Assembly: GCA_005239615.1 (NCBI GenBank) | Contig: SBBR01000060.1 | Location: forward strand, 1-33,238 | DNA: 33,238 bases | Source of the DNA: an archaeon | GTDB taxonomy: Archaea > Iainarchaeota > Iainarchaeia > Iainarchaeales > Iainarchaeaceae | Direction: 5' to 3' | Shown: one piece after another, positions 26,892 through 33,238 of the stretch | Position numbering within the stretch: the stretch's first letter is position 1 | Layout of the letters: the number at the start of each line of letters is the position of its first letter | Program-made: the position numbers and the translations under genes | Notes under the pieces: model-generated | What the model saw: the letters and a program-made list of their open reading frames with translations, nothing else | Told to the model about the DNA's origin: nothing | Databases searched by the model: none

Positions 26892-27000
26892 GGATAAGGC
26901 GTCTCTAAGCACCACGGGCTGAAGCCCGGCGAAGCATTTTCCGTCATCAGTCGCCGAAGGGAAAGGTTGGCTGGGTCTCACAAACAGCCGTCGACGGCAA
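26892..27000 (+). repeat. Copy A of a roughly 100-nt structured intergenic repeat
   Basis: gggctgaagcccggcgaagcattttccgtca (26916-26946) matches 33151-33181 at 30/31 positions. ggttggctgggtctcacaaac (26965-26985) matches 33205-33225 at 19/21. Hairpins: GGGC-UGAA-GCCC and GGCUG..CAGCC. Confidence 0.7.
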
Positions 27001-27066
27001 TGGTTTAGACAGCTGAATATTTCCGCAATTTTCAATTTGGCAAAACCGTTGAACGCAGGAGACACT

Positions 27067-27213
27067 CTAACAACCCCTGAAGCGAGTGGCGTCCTGCGTT
27101 GGGTCGATGATGGTGCTGCCAACGCAGACGACGGATTCGCCCTTTACCAACAGGAAATCGCATAGGTTGGAAACTATGAAACCGGCACCACCGGCGACCA
27201 TGATATTCTCCAT
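27067..27213 (-). pseudogene. 48-codon stub of an NAD-dependent epimerase/dehydratase (N-terminal Rossmann fragment only)
   Basis: My translation: MENIMVAGGAGFIVSNLCDFLLVKGESVVCV, after which SDR similarity is lost and the frame stops at 27067. Too short to appear in the ORF track. Confidence 0.45.
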
Positions 27214-27221
27214 GCCGAGCA

Positions 27222-27245
27222 AATGAATTATAAAATGAATTATAA
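27222..27245. repeat. Perfect tandem duplication of a 12-mer (aatgaattataa x2) in a divergent promoter region
   Basis: Read directly: aatgaattataa aatgaattataa. Each unit contains a TATA-like ATTATAAA. Confidence 0.8.
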
Positions 27246-27309
27246 TACAAATTGCATTTCATTGTGTTGACTTCTGATAGCGCTGTGAAGCCAGGCAAGT
27301 GGTTCTTCG

Positions 27310-27853
27310 ATGGGAAAAGATTCCGGCCTGATAACAGGTTACCTCGCAAAGGAAAGGAATTCCATTGCCGCAAGGTACGTTTCGGGAAAGAGGCTGCTTG
27401 ATATAGGCTGTGAATCCGGGCTACTGAGGAAATTGCTGGGAAAGGGCATGGAATACAACGGGATTGACATCTATGACAAAAAAGCTGGCATGGGCTTCAG
27501 GTACGCGTAGGGCGACATAGAAAAGGGCGTGAAGGGCTTCGGCAGGTCGACTGCCTAACAATGATGCAGTCATTGAGCACCTCAAGAGCCCTCATAAGGC
27601 TCTTGGGAACGCCTTTTCCTCCCTGCGCAAAAACGGCAGGCTCATCCTAACGACTCCAACAATAGCGGGTGATGCCGTGCACAAAATCTTCAGGAGGATA
27701 GGCCTTGTCTCGAGCTTCGCCGCGGAGGACCACAAGCACATATTCTCGCTGGAAGAGCTCAAGTCGGCATGCCAGCAAGCGGGATTCAGGATCATTGAAG
27801 CGAGGACGTTCAAGCTTGGCTTTAACCAGTTTGTAGTTTGCGAAAAACCCTGA
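27310..27853 (+). pseudogene. Class I SAM-dependent methyltransferase disrupted by an in-frame TAG and a +1 frameshift
   Basis: Frame 1: ...RLLDIGCESGLLRKLL (motif I)...GFRYA, TAG (27508-27510), GDIEKGVKGFGRSTA, stop. Frame 2 from about 27542: NDAVIEHLKSPHKALGNAFSSLRKNGRLILTTP...FSLEELKSACQQAGFRIIE, to the TGA at 27851-27853. Confidence 0.65.
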
Positions 27854-28453
27854 GGCCGCCAGACAACAATTACAAAGTTACAAGGAACCGTTATTGTTGG
27901 CTGGGAAATTGCGCTTGTACCGCCCAATTCTCCTAGTTTCGTCCCCACACCAAAATGCAAAAGGGTAAAGTAATGGTCTTCGGCACGCCCTTCACGCAGC
28001 CATACCGTTTACCCATGCCACTGCTTTTTTCTTCTCGATGTAGAGAATCTCCTCCTCTATTTTCTTGTTCCTCTTTATACATGACTTAGCCAGTTTAGGG
28101 AGGACTGATTAAGATTGTGTGTCGCAATTTTTCATTGATGCAAAGCCGCCAAATGCTTCGGGCGACCATTAAAACGGTCGGTAATCCTTGATAAACCCGG
28201 CCAAATTTTCCAGAACGACAGAGCCAAACTGCCGGCAATTTATTGTTTTACGTGGCCTCATTGGTAGGATAACGACCGACCGGATAAATGGGCTACACGG
28301 CAATGGCACTCTTAGCGCGGAATCTGCCTGAACCAAAAACATTTAATTAAGTCAGGGGCGGAATTATAGCAGTCCGGGAAAACGCTTTGGTGGAATTCCG
28401 GACGGCTATCTGCAACCCGGCCAATTATCGGCGGCATATTTTTTGGTGGTTGA

Positions 28454-29428
28454 GTGGAAAGGGTTCTCGTCACTGGAGGCTGCGGATTCATAGGAAGCGC
28501 TTTCGTGAGGATGCTGCTGAAGGAAACTGATGCTGAGGTGGTGAACCTCGACCTGCTCACCTATGCTGGAAACCCGAACAATCTAAGAGGCGTCGCGGAA
28601 GACAAAAGCCTCGGCAAGAGGTATACATTCATAAAAGGGGACATTGCGGACAGGAAAACCACCGCAAAGGCCCTTGAAGGGATTGACACAGTGTTCAGCT
28701 TCGCGGCCGAGAGCCATGTGGACAATTCCATAAAAGACTCTTCAGCTTTCGTGCGCACAAATGTGGCTGGGACCAAGAACATGGGTGAATGCGCAATGAA
28801 AGCTGGGGTCGAGCGCTTTGTGCAAGTCTCGACCGACGAAGTCTATGGCTCGGTCGAGAAAGGCTCATCGAAGGAAACCGATAGGCTAGAACCCCGCAAT
28901 CCGTACTCCGCAACGAAGGCGGCGTCAGACCTCATAGCGCTGAGCTACTTCACGACGTTCGGCTTCGATGTTTTGGTCACGCGCAGCTCGAACAATTATG
29001 GCCCTTATCAGTACCCTGAAAAGGTCATCCCGCTCTTCATCACGAACCTTCTTGAAGAAAAAAAAGTGCCGCTTTATGGCGACGGCAAAAACGTGAGGGA
29101 CTGGCTACACGTGGAGGACAACTGCCGCGCACTCCTAACTGTCTACCGGAAGGGGAAGAAGGGCGAAATCTACAACATCGGCGGCGGGAACGAAGTGCAG
29201 AATATTGAGTTGACGAAAAAAATCCTCAGGCTGACAGGGAGGGACGAGAGCTATATAGAGCTTGTGGAGGACAGAAAAGGGCATGACAGGCGCTACTCGC
29301 TCGACAGCTCAAAAACGAGGGCGCTCGGGTGGGAGCCGATGAAAAGATTTGACGAGGGCCTCGCCGAAACAGTGAAATGGTATAAGGAAAATGAATGGTG
29401 GTGGAAGCCACTGAAGGGGAAAGTATAA
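28454..29428 (+). CDS. rfbB: dTDP-glucose 4,6-dehydratase
   Basis: VLVTGGCGFIGSAFV, FAAESHVDNS, STDEVYG, YSATKAASD. GTG start preceded by GGTGG. Confidence 0.9.
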   Translation: MERVLVTGGCGFIGSAFVRMLLKETDAEVVNLDLLTYAGNPNNLRGVAEDKSLGKRYTFIKGDIADRKTTAKALEGIDTVFSFAAESHVDNSIKDSSAFVRTNVAGTKNMGECAMKAGVERFVQVSTDEVYGSVEKGSSKETDRLEPRNPYSATKAASDLIALSYFTTFGFDVLVTRSSNNYGPYQYPEKVIPLFITNLLEEKKVPLYGDGKNVRDWLHVEDNCRALLTVYRKGKKGEIYNIGGGNEVQNIELTKKILRLTGRDESYIELVEDRKGHDRRYSLDSSKTRALGWEPMKRFDEGLAETVKWYKENEWWWKPLKGKV

Positions 29429-29440
29429 TGATTACAAATC

Positions 29441-29457
29441 TTTTTTGGCAATTTTTT
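29441..29457 (+). terminator. Two T6 tracts after rmlB
   Basis: atcTTTTTTggcaaTTTTTTac begins 13 nt after the stop codon. Confidence 0.45.
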
Positions 29458-29576
29458 ACTATGATAACGGACTTGAAATTAAAAACCCTAAAGAACCTAT
29501 TGGCAGTTAAAGTTTATACAGCTGTTTAACAGTTGGTGATGAAATGGAAAATATTATTGAAAAAAGAGGGGGATAG

Positions 29577-30305
29577 ATGAAAGGCATTATTCTTGCTGGC
29601 GGGCGGGGCAGCAGGCTAAAACCCCTTACTTCTGTCCTGAACAAGCATCTTCTGCCGATTTACGACAAGCCGATGATTTATTACCCGATTGAAACCCTGA
29701 GGCGGGCTGGCATCAAGGATATCTTGGTCATCACGGGAACAGAGCATGCAGGAGACGTCTTCGCCCTGCTTGGTTCCGGAAAGGACTTCGGCGTGAACTT
29801 CACCTTCAGAGTTCAGGACGAGGCCGGAGGGCTGCCGCAGGCAATCGGGCTTGCAAAGGAATTTGTGGAAAACGACAGGTTCGTTTCAATCAACGGTGAC
29901 AACATACTCTTCGACGACATCACACCGTTCGTAAAGGCGTTCGAGAAGGGAAAGGAAAAGGCGAGAATCCTGCTATTTGAGACGACGCGGGAGGAGGCCA
30001 CGAAAGCCGGAGTGGCAGTGCTCGAGGGCGAAAAGGTCGTGAAGGTTGTCGAGAAGCCGAAGGACCCGCCCACTAACTGGGTTGTCGTGGGTGTCTACAT
30101 GTATACGCCACAGGTTTTCGACGTGATAAAAACCCTCAAACCAAGCGCGCGCGGGGAACTGGAGATCGCCGACCTGCACAATTACTACATAAAGGTTGGC
30201 TCGCTCGCGGCAAGCAGGCTCACGAAGGAATGGCTCGATGCAGGCAGCTTTGACGAGCTGCTGCGCGTGAACAGGTTTGTCGGGGAGAGAAATGCAAGGC
30301 AATAA
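29577..30305 (+). CDS. rfbA: Glucose-1-phosphate thymidylyltransferase-type sugar nucleotidyltransferase (short form)
   Basis: MKGIILAGGRGSRLKPLTSVLNKHLLPIYDKPMIYYPIETL. ATG preceded by the purine-rich GAGGGGGA. Confidence 0.85.
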   Translation: MKGIILAGGRGSRLKPLTSVLNKHLLPIYDKPMIYYPIETLRRAGIKDILVITGTEHAGDVFALLGSGKDFGVNFTFRVQDEAGGLPQAIGLAKEFVENDRFVSINGDNILFDDITPFVKAFEKGKEKARILLFETTREEATKAGVAVLEGEKVVKVVEKPKDPPTNWVVVGVYMYTPQVFDVIKTLKPSARGELEIADLHNYYIKVGSLAASRLTKEWLDAGSFDELLRVNRFVGERNARQ

Positions 30306-30383
30306 TGCTGCCCGACAATGCATCTATCGCCCCAAAAAAATCGGAAACTCCTTATTCTCTCCATTAAAAACCCTTTTGCGGCC

Positions 30384-30407
30384 CAAACATACAGTCAAAC
30401 ATACAGT
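30384..30407. repeat. Perfect tandem duplication of a 12-mer (caaacatacagt x2) just upstream of the methyltransferase gene
   Basis: Read directly. It lies between a TATA-like ATTAAAAA (30363-30370) and the GTG at 30422. Confidence 0.8.
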
Positions 30408-30421
30408 TATTCAATAATCTG

Positions 30422-31156
30422 GTGTGTGGCTTGGATAAGAAGGAACTCCTCAACATCAGCGCGCTGGAGGAAAAAAACTTCTGGCATGTCTCGAGGCGCG
30501 ACCTGCTGGACAGGATGCTCCCGAACGGCTCCGGTGATGTCTTCGAGATAGGCGTTGGGTGCGGCAAAAATCTTGAGTTCCTGCGCTCGAAAGGCTACAG
30601 CGTAGAGGGCATTGATATGGACCCTACCGCTGTCAAGTTCTCCCGCAAAAAGGGTCTGGACGTCACGAGGAAAAAAATCGAGGAGTACGATTTCAGGAAA
30701 AAGTACGACCTCGTGCTCATGATGGATGTGCTTGAGCACATCGAGGATGACGCTGCGTGCGTGAAGAGGCTCGCGCGAGGCATAAAGAATGGGGGCCACC
30801 TTTATCTCACCGTGCCTGCGTATAGGTTCATGTACGGCCCACATGACCTTCTGTGTCACCACCACAGGAGGTATGAAATCGACGACGTGAGAAGGCTTGT
30901 CAGTGGCGCAGGGCTGTCCATCAAGAGGCTCAGCTACTGGAACGGTACCTATTTCCTGCCTGTGGCGGTGTTCAAGTACTTCCGCAGGGTTCTGTTCGAC
31001 GGCGATCTAACCAAGACCAACCCCGACCTCGGGATAGCTCCGGAGCCATTCAACACTGCAATTATCCAGAGCCTGAGGCTAGAGAACCGTGCCATAAGCG
31101 AGGGAATTGTCATACCATTCGGCTCTAGCGTGGTGTGCCTAGCGCAGAAGCCCTGA
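30422..31156 (+). CDS. Class I SAM-dependent methyltransferase
   Basis: FWHVSRRDLL, VFEIGVGCGKNLEFL (motif I), DLVLMMDVLEHIEDD, GGHLYLTVP. GTG start. Confidence 0.85.
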   Translation: MCGLDKKELLNISALEEKNFWHVSRRDLLDRMLPNGSGDVFEIGVGCGKNLEFLRSKGYSVEGIDMDPTAVKFSRKKGLDVTRKKIEEYDFRKKYDLVLMMDVLEHIEDDAACVKRLARGIKNGGHLYLTVPAYRFMYGPHDLLCHHHRRYEIDDVRRLVSGAGLSIKRLSYWNGTYFLPVAVFKYFRRVLFDGDLTKTNPDLGIAPEPFNTAIIQSLRLENRAISEGIVIPFGSSVVCLAQKP

Positions 31157-31271
31157 ACACCACGGGCAATCTTGTTCTCTCAGGACGAGACCTCGTCCCA
31201 AAGGGACAAGGGCCATGAATGGCAAGAGGTCCTTTTTGGTTGCTGAGGCAGCCTTCCAAGCCATTTTCCAT

Positions 31272-31343
31272 AGGCGCGGCAGAGGGCGTTGTACCAAAAA
31301 GGATTTTTAAGGCCGGAAGGAAGTTAGTAAGGCGCGGCAGAGG
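31272..31343 (+). repeat. Two copies of the 14-mer aggcgcggcagagg, 58 nt apart, upstream of the radical SAM gene
   Basis: Copies at 31272-31285 and 31330-31343 inside a 247-nt intergenic region. A GGACGA-GACC-TCGTCC hairpin lies near its 5' end, and TATA-like TTTATATT is at 31363-31370. Confidence 0.6.
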
Positions 31344-31403
31344 CATTAACGCGCGTTTAAGGTTTATATTCAGGTTCGTGGCATTGTTTGTAAGGTTTTT
31401 ATA

Positions 31404-32897
31404 ATGAAAATCCTGATGCTAAATCCGCCTTTCCTTTTCAGATTTTCAAGGACAAGCAGGTCTCCCGCCATCTCGAAGGGCGGGTGCGTTTACTACCCAA
31501 TCTGGATGGGCTATGCAACCGGCGTGCTCGAGAAAGCAGGCCATGACGTAAAGCTGCTTGACTGCCCAGCTTCTGGCATGAAGCTCGAAGAAGTTGTGGA
31601 GCTAACGAGGGACTGGAAACCAGAGCTCATTGTGGTTGATTCTGTTACTGCTTCGTTCAACAACGACGTGAAGGTTGTTGAAACCCTGAAGGACGCCAGA
31701 CCTGAGGCGTTCATCATAATGGTAGGAACGCACGTTGGCGCGCTGCCGGAGATATCACTGAGGGCGAGCAGGAAGATTGATGCTGTTGCGCGTGGGGAGT
31801 ACGATTACATACTGAGGGACCTCGCGCACGCGCTCGAGTACAAGAAGTCGCTTGACACGGTGCTTGGTATCACTTACTGGGACGGCGAAGGGAAGTTAAA
31901 ATTCACGCCTAACATGCCGCCGATTGAACAGGAGGGCCTCGATGACATGCCCTTTGTAAGCGACGTGTACAAAAGGCATTTGAAAATCAGGGACTATTTT
32001 TACCCTTCGGTGCTCTTCCCTGAGGTCACAATCATAACAGGTCGCGGATGCAAGTACCGCTGCACATTCTGCAAGTGGCCGCAGACCCTGACCGGGCATT
32101 CTTACAGGGCGCGTAGCGTGAAGAACGTAGTCGACGAGTTCGAGTGGATTGCAAAGAACCTGCCTGAAGTAAAGGACATAATGATTGAAGACGACACCCT
32201 AACACAGGACAAGGCGCGCACAATAGAGCTTTGCAGGGAAGTGCAGAGCCGTGGCCTTGATATTACATGGACATGCAATTCGCGCGCCGACCTTGATTTG
32301 GAGACAATGCAGTGGATGAAGAAAGGCGGCTGCAGGCTCATGTGTGTTGGCTTTGAGAGCGCGGACCAGCTGATACTCAACAACATCAAGAAGGGCACGC
32401 GTATAGAGAAGATAGAGCAGTTCATGGTTGATTCCAAGAAAGCGAACCTCCTAGTGCACGGGTGCTTCATGATGGGGAACAACGGTGAGACAAAGGAAAC
32501 TATAAAGAAGACTGTTGAATGGGCGAAGAAGCTCGAGCCAGACACGGCGCAATTCTTCCCGATAATGGTATACCCCGGCACGGAGGCATTCAGGTGGGCG
32601 CAGGAAGGCGGCTACCTCACAACGCAGAAGTGGGGCGAATGGCTCACTGTAGAGGGAACGCACAACACCATTGTGAGCACGGAGCACCTTAAGGCAGATG
32701 AGCTTGTGGCTTCTTGCGACTGGGCACGCAAGGAATTTTATTGGAGGCCCTCATATATTGTAAGCAGGCTGAAGCTCATGCTGAGCCAGCCACGCGAAGC
32801 TCCGAGGCTCATGATGGGCGCGAAGACATTCATGAAGTACCTCCTCGACATTGACTTTTGGAAGAAGTCGGCGGCGGAAAAACAAGTAAGTGCATGA
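31404..32897 (+). CDS. B12-binding-domain radical SAM enzyme (class B; HpnJ-like architecture)
   Basis: 497 aa. N-terminal Rossmann-like cobalamin-binding-type region (MKILMLNPP..., ELIVVDSVTASF, IIMVGTHVGALPE). Radical SAM cluster motif GRGCKYRCTFCKWPQT. Also ILNNIKKG and GETKETI. Confidence 0.85.
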   Translation: MKILMLNPPFLFRFSRTSRSPAISKGGCVYYPIWMGYATGVLEKAGHDVKLLDCPASGMKLEEVVELTRDWKPELIVVDSVTASFNNDVKVVETLKDARPEAFIIMVGTHVGALPEISLRASRKIDAVARGEYDYILRDLAHALEYKKSLDTVLGITYWDGEGKLKFTPNMPPIEQEGLDDMPFVSDVYKRHLKIRDYFYPSVLFPEVTIITGRGCKYRCTFCKWPQTLTGHSYRARSVKNVVDEFEWIAKNLPEVKDIMIEDDTLTQDKARTIELCREVQSRGLDITWTCNSRADLDLETMQWMKKGGCRLMCVGFESADQLILNNIKKGTRIEKIEQFMVDSKKANLLVHGCFMMGNNGETKETIKKTVEWAKKLEPDTAQFFPIMVYPGTEAFRWAQEGGYLTTQKWGEWLTVEGTHNTIVSTEHLKADELVASCDWARKEFYWRPSYIVSRLKLMLSQPREAPRLMMGAKTFMKYLLDIDFWKKSAAEKQVSA

Positions 32898-33133
32898 TGC
32901 CTCTACAGTTCTATTGATGGGCAGGTCTACCTTCCCCAAGCAAGGGTTTGATATGTGAAAAATATGCCACTTTTTCTTTCGCTAAATCGTTGGAGGTTTC
33001 TCGGGCTGAAAGAAAAGCGCCGTTGATAAGTAGGTAAGTGTTTAGATCCTATCTTATAGCCTGTGGCAATGGAAAAGGTGAAACTAGATTGTATATAGAG
33101 AATTTTGCGTTGGCAGAAGTTCCTTCGACGCGA

Positions 33134-33238
33134 CGGATTCTGAGCGCCGCGGGCTGAAGCCCAGCGAAGCATTTTCCGTCAACGGAAATTCCCGCAGGGA
33201 TTTGGGTTGGCGGGGTCTCATAAACTACCGCCAACGGA
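33134..33238 (+). repeat. Copy B of the structured intergenic repeat, truncated by the window edge
   Basis: See copy A. It has the same orientation. The stem is UUGGCGG (33207-33213) with CCGCCAA (33228-33234), plus extra hairpins UUCCG-UCAA-CGGAA and AAUUCCC-GCA-GGGAUUU. Confidence 0.7.

Noticed and set aside
26944-26950. CUGAUGA on the minus strand of repeat copy A, suggestive of a hammerhead ribozyme core or a C box
   Set aside because: Copy B has GUUGACG at the equivalent place. No GAAA or stem II/III arrangement follows, and no D box (CUGA) lies at a suitable distance.
27128-27140. 9-mer gacggattc shared between the epimerase stub region and the sequence just upstream of repeat copy B (33132-33140)
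   Set aside because: A single 9-mer match is expected by chance in 33 kb, and the flanks do not align.
27508-27510. In-frame TAG codons (here and at 19770-19772) as pyrrolysine codons
   Set aside because: Both genes also carry frameshifts or truncations, there are no pyl genes or methylamine methyltransferases in view, and TAG appears to end other ORFs normally.
28151-28306. Possible third, degenerate copy of the structured repeat. The 10-mers aaatgcttcg (28151-28160, inverted relative to the repeat) and acggcaatgg (28297-28306) match copy A.
   Set aside because: Only two isolated 10-mers match, in inconsistent orientation and spacing. That is close to chance expectation for regions of this size, so a proper alignment search is needed.
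1-33238. Search for CRISPR arrays, tRNA genes, transposase/integrase genes and defence-system hallmarks
   Set aside because: I found no regularly spaced direct repeats, no cloverleaf-like T-loop (GGTTCGAATCC-type) sequence in the intergenic regions, and no transposase, integrase, nuclease or ATPase ORF beyond the decayed PIN fragment.

Overview
This is an archaeal chromosomal segment. Evidence: TBP, RNA polymerase subunit F/Rpo4, ribosomal protein L21e, a DUF655 protein, AglB/STT3 oligosaccharyltransferase, a stand-alone 5S rRNA, and TATA-like boxes about 25-30 nt upstream of many first-gene start codons, often implying leaderless mRNAs. No CRISPR array, tRNA or intact mobile element was seen.

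The left two thirds are housekeeping:
- An aromatic amino-acid block on the minus strand: DAHP synthase, aroB, and an aroE gene fused to an AroK-type kinase that runs off the left edge.
- A compact trpE-G-D-C-B-A operon with no trpF.
- Two HTH/ACT-type putative amino-acid sensors lying between the trp and arg operons.
- An overlapping argG-argF-argH operon, AMP phosphorylase, the conserved rpl21e-rpoF-DUF655-ksgA operon, tbp and 5S rRNA.

The right third (20.7-33.2 kb) is a glycan island:
- aglH and aglB diverge from alg14-like, alg13-like, a GT2 glycosyltransferase and an SDR epimerase.
- A decayed zone follows, with an epimerase stub, a broken methyltransferase and about 600 nt of non-coding sequence.
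- Then come rmlB, rmlA, a SAM methyltransferase and an HpnJ-like B12-binding radical SAM enzyme.

The points most worth a second look:
- A roughly 100-nt structured repeat present twice in direct orientation, bracketing the rmlB-to-radical-SAM block.
- The rml/methyltransferase/radical SAM module itself.
- The eukaryote-like Alg7/Alg13/Alg14/Stt3 gene set.
- An AroE-AroK fusion.
- An ornithine carbamoyltransferase with altered fingerprint motifs.
- A TGTACA palindrome between trpE and a divergent regulator.
- Unusual features of the tbp locus.
- Several genes broken by in-frame stops or frameshifts.

All calls rest on reading the translations and the sequence by eye. No database search was run.
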